DNA from: Paragordius varius
Lineage: Eukaryota > Animalia > Nematomorpha
Reading direction: 5' to 3'
DNA length: 64,000 bases
Assembly: GCA_964247055.1 (NCBI GenBank)
Contig: OZ176053.1
Span: 558,001 to 622,000 of the forward strand
How positions within the stretch are numbered: position 1 is the stretch's first letter; every line of letters begins with the position of its first letter. The notes beneath the pieces are model-generated. The model saw only the letters and a list, made by a program, of their open reading frames with translations, made no database searches and had not been told where the DNA came from. Position numbers and translations under genes: made by a program. Shown in pieces: positions 54,977 through 64,000 of the stretch.

Positions 54977-57900
54977 AAAAGTTATGAGAAATTAAATTGA
55001 TTCTGGAATGTTTTATATAATTTGGTTTTAAAACAAATTTATTAGTCCCGTAAATGTGTTATTTTTTATATAAAGTTTTTTATTTAAAATAGATCAATAT
55101 ATAGTAAAAACTGAACAAAACGTAAAAATATAAAGACAAAATTTTTTTTAAAGACAACACCATACTTTGTTAAATATAATTCCATATAAATTATTTATTT
55201 ACAATTATGAAAATGTATCATTGATTGTGGTGCCAATAATATCCCCATAATTTTCAGTTTAAGACAATGAGATATATCTATAAAAAAATCAAGATTTAAA
55301 AAGTGTGTTTGTCGTTTATAAAAAAATACTTGTCTTTATATTTTTACGTTTTGTCATCCATATAATTTCAATTTTTACTGAGTATAAAAAACCCCTTATT
55401 AACACCAAATATTTCTTAATATCCAAAGTAAAAAAAGTATATCTATAAAATTTATTCACCATATTAAACTAAAAAAAAATTAAAAGTAAAAAACCTGGTA
55501 TATCTATAAAATTTATCCACAATATTAAACTAAAAAATAGCGAAAAAAAACCTGGTATATGGACATCCTCAAACTTTACAGTAATATCGTATTCTCCAGC
55601 GATCTGAGGATAGTAAGTAACCTTACAAGTCCCATCTCGATTATCTACACAATGCATTTTAGCTTCGGAGGGTCCTTCAATCGTAAGCCCGAGACCGCCT
55701 GTTCCCGCTCGACGGGTATCAACGATAAAACTACAACCTAGGGCATAAAAAATGTTTTATAGATGATAAAATTTTTAGATGTGAAATTTTTTATTAGATT
55801 TTCTACATATCATCTTAATTCATGATAAATTCAATCCAATTCATATATATAGATATATATATATATATATATAGTATAAAATGTTTTATAGAGATGATAA
55901 ATTTTTTTACAAATTGAAAACTTTTAGTTAGATTTTCTACATATAATCTTAATTAAGTAACGGCCTATTATCCACATCATAAATCCAATTAATTGAGATA
56001 ATTTTATCTTTTAATAATGTAACAAGCTACAATATTTTTATTTTTTTATGTATGGCTCACAAGGCCTCCTGCAGCCTGTTGAATATCAATAAAAAATTAC
56101 AATCTGTAAATCCTATATAGTATAAAATGTGTTATTAAATAAAGAATTTGTAAAATGTTAAAAATGTTCATAATATACCATTTACAAATCAAATTAACCC
56201 TAAAAATAAATTATGTGTTTCAAAGGTAATATAATTCCTTATTAATATGAAATATATCTTTATGGCATACTTTTATATTTATTCAATTTATTTCAATTTT
56301 AAACACACAATTTCATTTTTAAAAAATATAAAAAAATATAAGTAATTTTAATCTAAAACATAATTTATTTGAGGGTGTATATGAATGTTCGAGGGTGAAT
56401 TTGAATTGTTCAAAGGTTAATTTGAGGTGTAAATGGTATATTTAGATATTTTAATAATTAAAATATATATAGAGAATTACCCTCTTTTTCCATTTCTATG
56501 GATTCGGATTTCTCATTGTCTATATCCTTTGTGTCAGTCTTTACGACATAGCCATGTTTTAATCCCTCGCCTGATACTTTGACCTTAAATTTAAATTTAA
56601 AATTATGCCATTTGCACTTCAAGAGTGTCCTTGAACACTTCAAGTTGGTCCTTAAAATTTTTAAAGTTTGATTTAACCATAATTTTTGCGTTTATTTTTT
56701 TGTTTTCTATATTAAATATATATTTTTTATATAAAAATAAAAATTTTTATTAAAAAACCACTTTGTTTCAAACTAATTTTTTTCCAATTTAACAAAATTA
56801 TTAACTTTTAAATGTTATCAATGACAATTGTAAATAATAACCCAAAAAACTAATTTATTTTTTAATTAGGTATTAAAATCTCATAAATATACAAATTCCA
56901 AGAAATTAATAAAGATATAAGGTTTTGAAGGATTATTGATTTGAAATTTATTTAAAATAAAAGAAAATAGGTTAAAAACGATAAAATAGATGAATGATAC
57001 GATTTGATTGATAAAAGTTAAAAAAACAAAAATGTTCAAGGACCAACTCTTGAAGTGCAAATGGTATATATAAAATAAAAGTTAAAAAAACATAATTTTA
57101 ATCTTAAGCATATTCATTACTCGTGAAGCATCGAATCCATGCTTTGCATTAATGGCATACGGTTTAGGTAATATGGGTACTCCATCAAAACTGAAATCCA
57201 AATTGTATAAACCTAAGATATCACAATGATTAAAAACAATTTTATACATTAAATAAAGTGTTTAAAGGCAATTTTATAACCCTAACTAATTATAAAGAAA
57301 CATATTAATAAAATTTTGCTATAGTTTTTTTTTAATAACTAACCACAAACGCATATAATTTTTACTCGGGGGGGGGGGGGAGATATTTGATGAGAAAAAT
57401 AATTAGAGGATGAATTTAACATATACCAAGGGTGAATTAAAGGTATAAATTGTATATATACCATTTATACTCAAATTCATCTTTGAACAAATCAAATCCT
57501 TATTAAATATGTGTTTTATAAGATTAAAAATTACCTTTATTTTTTTATATTATTAAAAAATAAAATTTTGAATCAAATTATACTGAAAAAATAATAAACT
57601 AACCCATAAAGATATATTTCCTATAAATATTAATGAGTTATATTAGCTGCCTGAAAACACATAATTTATTTTTAAAGTGAATTTAAATTGTTCAAGGGTA
57701 AATTTGATGGGAAAAATAATTTAGAGGTGGGTGAATTTACCATATACTAAGGATAAATTAAAGCTATAAATTGTATTAATATTTAATAAAATATTCCAAT
57801 AAAATTCAAAATATTCTTATATAAATATAAAATAACCTTCATCCTTGGGGTTAAAATAGACAATGTATTGGCCACCATAAGTTTTATGATTATGATTTTG

Positions 57901-60900
57901 ATTAGATGGCTGTTTTTCAACGTATGCCTCAAAATATTTTTTGGTAGCCGGAACATGAATTAAGCATTTCACTAAACTCTGTTCTTGTTGTTCCTCTTGA
58001 ATAAATTTATCTATCGAAGTAAAAAATGTTTGAAAAATGAATAATTGCATTTTAAGAATTAAAAAAGTAAATTTCAAAAAATCCACATTTATAAAAGTAA
58101 AAATAGCTAAGAATCGTAATAAAAAATGGAATTTTTGCTATTTTTTGAAATAGCACTTAAAATATCAAAAAACAAGGTGATTTAAATTAGTTTTTTATTG
58201 ATAAATGCTTAACTTACCGTAATATTCAAGTTCAGATATTTTCATGGCCGTAGTATCTACTATAATTTCAGTCCCAGCACCAATTAAAACATCTAGAATG
58301 ATTAGATTAATTTAAAAAAGTTTATAGCCAGAATATCAAAGGTGATCTTAAAACTAGTTCAACTAAAATATATAATTATCATTTTAATAAAATAATTTTA
58401 TCAAAAAAAAAAATAAAAAAACTTGGTTCAAGGTCCAATATCTTTATGGCGGATACATCAATATGTGGTTTGATATAAATCTAATTAAAATCAACATAAA
58501 TGAGTTTAAAAAAATACAGTAATAATTGAAATTATACGGAAGGACAAAACGTAAAAATATAGAGACAAATTTTTTATTTGTAAAGCAAACCAACCATACT
58601 CTTTTTAAAACCTTAATGTTTCGCATATAAGCTTTTTAGTTACAATTATAAAATATAGAATTGATTGTGTTAGTAATATATAATAAATATATTTCAAACT
58701 TTGCCATTTAAAACATTGAGTTAGTTATATTTGAAAAAAATCAAGATTAAAAAGTATGGTTGGTTGTCTATTAGAATAAAGTCGTATATTTTTACTTTTT
58801 GTCCTCATGTATAATTTCAGTTTTTCCTGTATTAGTCTTTTCCTTTTTATTGCACAAAAAAAATTTTTAAAAATTTTCAAAAATTTAAAAATAAACAATA
58901 TTTAAATTTACATTGTATGGAGATCCAGGGATATGGCATTCATTGTAGAAAACATTAATTGTATACGGACCAGATAGCAAAGGCTTAAATTGAGCTTTTT
59001 GTAGTTTTTTATTATTATAATTTTTATAATTATTTTGTGATTTCGTATCTGAACCATTAGTTTCAATGGGGAAATTTTGAACTGGAACTTTAATTTTATC
59101 TTCATTTTCAATCGCGATAGATAAGTTACCTAGTATAGTATACCATTTACAGTTTAAATTCACTCTTGGACAATTCAAATTCACCCTTGAAAAATTCAAA
59201 TTCACCCTTGAAAAATTCAAATTCACCCTTGAACAATTCAAATTCACCCTTGGACAATTCAAATTTACCCTTGAACAATTCAAATTCACCCTTGAACAAT
59301 TCATATTCACCCAAAAATATAAATTATGTGTTTTCGAACTAATATTACTCATTATTAATATAAAATATATATCTTTATGTCATAGTTTATTATTTTTTCA
59401 GTATTATTTTAATTTTAAACAAAATTTTATTTTTTTAAAAATATATTAAAATATAGGTAATTTTTAATTTTAAAAAACACAATTTATTTGAGGTTGAATT
59501 TGAATTGTTTAAGGGTGAATTTGAATTGTAAATGGTATATATGTAAACGCACACATTAAAATTCGAATGTTGAAAATTTAATTGAGATATAAACATTACA
59601 TTTATATTTGGAACAAACAAAAATAAAATGTTAATTTTTTTTAAAAAAAGTATGCTAAAAAGATCATATTCCATATATATATATATATATATATATTTAT
59701 AAAATCCAAATTTTCCTAAAATTTTACAAGGAGAAAACGTGACAAGTATAAATAGCTAATATTATAAACAATATTTTACAAATCTTGATTTTTTGGAAAT
59801 AGCCTACCGTTTTGGGTGGAAAAATAAGGAATAGAAATATGAATTGATAACATTAACATCTTTATATTTCAAAATTATAGGTCAGATATAAAATTTATAA
59901 AAATATGTTTGTTCTATAAAAAAAATATTATTCTTTTTCTTTGTATGTTTTGGATTATAATAATTTAGTATGCTAAAAAACTGAATTAAATAAAAAAAAT
60001 GTAATGTTAAACAAAATACCGATTCCAGCCATAGATGTATCAATAAACATATCTAAGGATTCTAGGCTTCTAAGACGTGAAGTCCGTATATTACGATTAC
60101 ATTCCTTAAATAGCCATTCAGTATTTATGATTGAAACTTTATCTGGGTAAGATGGTTCTTTTACAGTAAACTACAGAAGAGAATATATAAATCAAACAAT
60201 TATGAAATTAAAAAGGAATACAAAAAAAATTTTAACGTAAAACAAAGCCTATATTATCTCAACGTTTATTTTTCATTGATAAGATAAAAATTGAGTTGCA
60301 AAATGAGGATTATGAATGATTGTGATAAGACACTCAAAAAAATTTTTTATATTCCACAAAAATGTAAGAAATTAAGTATAAAGGTAAATGACGGATTAAT
60401 AATGTCAGTTATTTAATCCGTGTAATAATGATATAAACGAAAATTAATCTGAAAATTTATTAGAAACATAAACTGAAAATTATATTTTTAAACTGAAATT
60501 ATATTTATAAACTGAATATAATGAACTGAAATTATATTTATAAACTGAAAATAATTTGTCGTCAATAGTAATCGCAGACTCACTCAACAATACACAACTA
60601 TAAGACTACTTGGGGTTTAGTATTTTCTACAAAAATTTGATTTTTATTTTAATTTTTATGTTAATTTTCAATTTAATTTTCATTTATATCATTATTTCAC
60701 AGATTTAAAAACTGTTATTACATAAGAAATCAATGTTTACATATGGTTTTATAACCAATTAATCTTTTAGCTTTGTTTTTATATTTTAATATAATAATGA
60801 GAATTAAAATTTAAATTTTTTTAAAAAAAATAATTAAAATAAATACCATAAACGGACTCCCACAAACATTTACTCCGGATGGATTAATAATGTATAAAAC

Positions 60901-63785
60901 ATTTTTTCCCAACCCAATAGGTGTTATGGTAAATTTAATGCTCTTTGAAATAGTGGTTTCTTCAGGCCAGCCTTCAATTATCATTTCTTCATTCATGGTT
61001 GATAATTATTTTTAATAAAATTATTAATTAAGTATCATAAATAATTTAAATAGAAATTAGTTAAATTTTGTAATAACAGTTGTTAAAATCCGTAATTTAA
61101 CGATAAAGAATAATTAAATAGAATTAAATAAAAGTATATATAGAAATTTTCGTCAATAGTAATCGCAGACTAGTTTCGTGCTTGTTAGCACTCATCAGTA
61201 CGACATAACTATTTGACTAATTGGGGTTTTCACATATCGATTTTGTATATATATGTCCAACTTTGCAATTTTGATATAAATGCAGTTGGTTATACGAATT
61301 TGAATTAAATTAAATGGAATTTATGAAAATTTGAAAATAAACTGAAAATTAACTCTAGGGGTGGTTGGAAATTGTGAGAAAAGACATTTCAATCCTATTT
61401 TTAAGCGAAAAAAAATATTTTTTTTTCGAACCTTGAAAATCACAGTTAATAGTGACTTTAGGCATATATAAAATGGCCGCGTGTTGGTTACCTCTGGTTT
61501 AGAGTATATACTTATACTCTGAATATCAAAATATAAAAATTTCTTATAATAGCAATATCGGTTATTTTTTATAAAATCAACTAAATAAAACTTAAAAATA
61601 AAATAATTTAATCAAATTAAAACAAAATTTAATAAAACCTTGTTGCGTGGATTGTTGTTCACAGGACATAAGGTATGCAAAAAAGGGAGTCGAGGATTTT
61701 TCAATGTTCTTTTCAGAATACGTGGTGTTTTTTGAAAATTTAACATTCAATTCATAGTGTTTATTAAGATCAAAGGGCATTTGTCCCTTATAGCAATCCA
61801 TAAATGAGCCAGTTAATTCAGCCTACGTAAAATTAAATTTTATAAAAAAAAGCATAAAAGTTATGAATTACAGTAAAAACGAAAATTATAGAGGACAAAA
61901 CGTAAAAATATAAAGACAAATAGTTTTCACTAAATGATAAGCAACCATCCATACTTTTTAAATCTTGATGATTTATTTCAATAACTTATTGTTTTAAATG
62001 GTAAAGTGTGAAATAGAGATATTTACATAAATATATTCTATATTTTAAAAATGTAACCAAATATCTTTGATGAGAAAAATTAAGGTTTTAAAAGAGAATG
62101 GGGTTGTCGTTTAGATAAAAATATTTGCCTTTATATTTTTACATTTTGTTCGTATAATTTCCATTTTTACTGTATACACTGTGTGCAAAAAAGAGGTTCA
62201 TTTTGATTTAAGGAAAAATTTTTTTTCATGAGATAGCTTATGACCAGCGTATTCATTTGCCGCAAAAATTTTTATTTGTTGACAACCTAGTTTTTGAAAT
62301 ATTGAGAGAAAATCAAAATCGGGTAAAAAGTGAAAATTAAGGATAATTAAGGATAATTTAAAAATAATCATAAAATCTGAAACATTATCGTTTATTATCA
62401 TTTTAGGAGATATTTTCAATATAAAAACAGCCTAAAATCATATAGTTAGGGTTTCTATAAAATTTCAGGTCAAAAGATGACGTTTTTCTTTTATCACACT
62501 TAAAAAACAAAAAAAATTTAATAAAACTTTATTAAAATAATTTTTTTTAAATTATTTACTACCTAAACTCACTATTAAAATCTTAACATTTATATTTTAT
62601 TAAGGAAAATAAATTTCTATACTAAAATAAAACCAAAAATATTGTTTTTTATTTTTCCATTTTTTTGTCATATATGAGTGTATAAAAAATTTATACTGTT
62701 TTTTTTGGATTCTTACATAGGTGGGAATTATTAAGATATAATTTATGCAAAATAGTATTGAAAAAAGGAATATCAACCAACAATCCTTACAATTTCCTGT
62801 AAAAAGTCTGTTTTATGACAAATTAATATTCGTATTGGGATTTGTACGGATTGTTGGTTGATATTCCACTAATTTTCAATCCTATTTTGCATAAATTATA
62901 TCTTAATAATTCCCACTTATGTAAGAATCCAAAAAAACAGTATAAATTTTTTATACACTCATATATGACAAAAAAATGGAAAAATAAAAAACAATATTTT
63001 TGGTTTTATTTTAGTATAGAAATTTATTTTCCTTAATAAAATATAAATGTTAAGATTTTAATAGTGAGGTTAGGTAGTAAATAATTTAAAAAAAATTATT
63101 TTAATATAATTTCATTAAATTTTTTTGTCTTTTAAATGTGATAAAAGAAAAACGCCATCTTTTGACCAGAAATTGTATAGAAACCCTAATTATATGATTT
63201 TAGGCTATTTATATATTGAAAATATCTCTAAAATGATAATAAACCATAATATTTCAGATTTTGTCATTATTTTTTGAATTATCCTTAAATATCCTTAATT
63301 TTCACTATTTGCCCTATTTCGATTTTCTCCTAACATTTCAAAAACTAGGTTGTCAACAAATAAAAATTTTGCGGCAAATGAATACGCTGGTCATAAGCTA
63401 TCTCTAGAAAAAATTTCCGTTAAATTTTGTTTTGCACTCAGTGTATATATATGCTATGCAATTACTTTTTCCATATTTTCAAGACGACTGTAAAAGGATT
63501 CATCATTCATCTTTGTTGAGTTTTTTAAATCAGTAGGACTTTGATTTATACCATTTTCTGTGCTTAACTCAAAACTTTTTTTATAAATATCAATTGTTTT
63601 ATTATTCGTTAAATTGCTGTTTCCAATCCAAGCACACCAAGGACTCCCCGGGATATCTCGTTCATTGCAAAGAATTCTAACGGAATATTCACCTGTACAA
63701 GCTGGTATATATGTAACGTGGGCCAACCCATTGCCTTCATCTTTGCATTCTATGGTAGTTTGAGATGGGCCTTCAATAGCAAACC
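25597..63785 (-). CDS. FLN: Filamin, 5'-partial; starts at about an Ig4-equivalent repeat, with the actin-binding domain expected beyond the right edge
   Basis: 35 phase-consistent exons: 63785-63466, 61822-61639, 60971-60847, 60170-60020, 59129-58912, 58480-58423, 58292-58218, 58010-57837, 57212-57121, 56583-56481, 55737-55552, 54937-54662, 54422-54294, 53941-53681, 53198-53035, 52587-52401, 51850-51495, 50783-50598, 49590-49314, 44211-44071, 42364-42236, 40999-40923, 40502-40235, 39531-39325, 38540-38388, 34433-34305, 33880-33716, 33003-32893, 32066-31933, 31350-31161, 30743-30636, 29866-29729, 29561-29443, 29361-29265, 28938-28723. These are followed by last exon 28171-27987 or 26318-25597. 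Filamin Ig motifs recur ([76 protein letters not shown]). Repeat numbering is by recalled similarity to human FLNA. Confidence 0.95.
26495..26859. mobile_element. Probable TA|CAGT MITE
   Basis: TA|CAGTAAGGAGCACTATTA ... ATAATAGTTCCTTTAGTG; internal inverted CCCCATGTAT / ATACATGGGG. Confidence 0.55.
27637..27935. mobile_element. MITE family A copy between the two filamin terminal exons
   Basis: TA|CAGTAAAAATTAAATTTATACGGAC ... CGTATAATTTCAATTTTTACTA; about 50 nt past the exon A stop codon. Confidence 0.85.
27987..28171 (-). CDS. FLN: Filamin terminal exon A: compact second half of Ig24, ends in TAA
   Basis: Phase-1 acceptor ttcgcag|GT. Encodes [22 protein letters not shown]...[24 protein letters not shown], which completes the domain begun by ...FMVNCSKA in exon 28938-28723. 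Confidence 0.88.
28273..28549. mobile_element. MITE family B copy inside a (TA)n tract
   Basis: (TA)n|CCATTTACAATTCAAATTC ... GAATTTGAAAAATGG|(TA)n. Confidence 0.85.
30053..30240. mobile_element. 188-bp TA|CAGTATG MITE nested in a family A copy
   Basis: About 48-bp TIR (CAGTATGAATAAGTATACATTACCAGAAAGTTATTAATTATTGCCAAA and its inverse), TA on both sides, splitting the family A copy at 29948-30409. Confidence 0.8.
31312..31668 (-). repeat. Tandem triplication (unit about 156 bp) of a filamin acceptor and exon start
   Basis: AAAGCTTTAT(C/T)ATTGAACAGTATATTGAT(T/C)TTATATTCCCC(C/G)GCCTAA occurs three times. Only the copy at 31350 continues as the full exon. Confidence 0.9.
33060..33121. repeat. 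(TA)n microsatellite, representative of many (also about 9137, 12603, 16730, 27538, 28233, 32074, 43200, 48207, 54939)
   Basis: Direct inspection. These tracts produce the IYIYIY spurious ORFs. Confidence 0.95.
33224..33472. mobile_element. MITE family B copy
   Basis: TATA|CCATTTAC ... GTAAATGG|TATA. Confidence 0.85.
37799..38095. mobile_element. MITE family A copy (filamin intron)
   Basis: TA|CAGTAAAAATTGAAATTATACGG ... TTTTAGTTTTTACTG|TA. Confidence 0.85.
41341..41922. mobile_element. Possible TTAA-flanked (piggyBac-like) MITE
   Basis: TTAA|CACTTCGATTCAAATTGGGGTA...ACCCCAG is inverted at CTGGGGTA...TACCCCAATTTGAATCGAAG, and AGTG|TTAA occurs near 41918. Related GGGGTA/TACCCC motifs occur at about 35490-35955. 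Confidence 0.45.
43555..43974. mobile_element. Two related palindromic MITEs of about 180 bp (43555-43735 and about 43801-43974)
   Basis: Each has GCGTATGGCATAAAAC-like / GTTTTATGCCATACG TIRs. Their internal segments are in opposite orientation. Confidence 0.65.
44259..44604. mobile_element. MITE family B copy with about 5 left-arm repeats
   Basis: TATA|CCATTTAC ... GTAAATGG|TATA. The 21-bp repeats generate the spurious FKFTLKQ ORFs. Confidence 0.87.
49670..50031. mobile_element. MITE family B copy with an expanded 21-bp array (7-8 units)
   Basis: Tandem TTCAAATTCACCCTTAAACAA at about 49680-49840; right end AAATGG|TATA. Confidence 0.85.
50038..50201. mobile_element. Short palindromic TA|CAGTATGC MITE
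   Basis: Arms AGTATGCATTTTAAT..GGCAATTTG..CACAGTAGTGTATGGAAAAA and the inverse TTTTTCCATACACTGCTGTG..CAAATTGCC..ATTAAAATGCATACTG|TA. Confidence 0.7.
55102..55380. mobile_element. MITE family A copy (filamin intron)
   Basis: Family A TIRs and internal core; right end AATTTCAATTTTTACTG. Confidence 0.8.
56608..57064. mobile_element. MITE family C, uninterrupted 457-bp copy in a filamin intron
   Basis: CCATTTGCACTTCAAGAG ... CTCTTGAAGTGCAAATGG|TATA termini. It carries the empty site that corresponds to the gypsy-derived insertion at 22174. Confidence 0.8.
59143..59535. mobile_element. MITE family B copy with an expanded 21-bp array (7-8 units)
   Basis: TATA|CCATTTAC ... GTAAATGG|TATA, 13 nt from the filamin acceptor at 59130. 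Confidence 0.87.
61871..62172. mobile_element. MITE family A copy abutting a foldback element
   Basis: TA|CAGTAAAAAC ... CCATTTTTACTG|TA, followed immediately by the 62177-63443 foldback. Confidence 0.85.
62177..63443. mobile_element. 1.27-kb foldback element with arms of about 600 bp
   Basis: TATA|CACTGTGTGCAAAA ... TTTTGCACTCAGTG|TATA. Long conserved inverted blocks, e.g. GATAGCTTATGACCAGCGTATTCATTTGCCGCAAAA against its reverse complement near 63365-63402. The spacer near 62795-62845 is short. Confidence 0.85.
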
Positions 63786-64000
63786 CTATTTATTTAGGTT
63801 TGCATAGGTTATAAAAATTCTAATTCAATAATATGGATAATCTTATAATAATGACTAAATAGTTAAAATTATTTAGTTATTGATAATAATATCAGTAATG
63901 CACTTAAACCATTTTGAATAGGGTTCTAGTTTTATTGATAACAACGGCAAACTTACATTCTACCTCGCGAACGTAAGTATTTAGAACCAGTATATAATTA

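Noticed and set aside
59130-60019. MITEs acting as introner elements that create introns
   Set aside because: Where checked, the splice sites lie outside the MITE termini, so the elements inserted into existing introns.
63940-64000. Possible end of the preceding filamin exon (GTAAGT donor near 63955)
   Set aside because: Frame and similarity cannot be established from so little sequence.

Overview
A very AT-rich, intron-rich eukaryotic window. The protein content is metazoan. The mix of ultra-short introns, divergent proteins and heavy MITE load would fit a reduced parasite such as a myxozoan, but that is inference only. I built four genes by hand on GT-AG introns and checked exon phases: ATG7 (minus strand, 3' end runs off the left edge), an SLC1/EAAT-type transporter (plus), PRP19 (minus, complete) and a filamin (minus, 5' end off the right edge; about 38 kb, 35 shared exons plus two alternative last exons). 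Introns and intergenic DNA are filled with non-autonomous elements: about 25 copies of a TA|CAGT MITE, about 15 copies of a TATA|CCATTT MITE with 21-bp subterminal repeats, foldback elements, a hAT MITE and a nested gypsy-derived element. No autonomous transposase, rRNA, tRNA or CRISPR array was found. The most notable observations are: (1) predicted introns of 18, 22, 24 and 24 nt in ATG7, in a window where other introns reach kilobases; (2) two alternative terminal exons that would build different filamin Ig24 dimerisation domains, plus candidate internal first exons; (3) a young gypsy-derived element with both identical LTR-like direct repeats and 132-bp terminal inverted repeats, whose empty-site paralog is in the same window.
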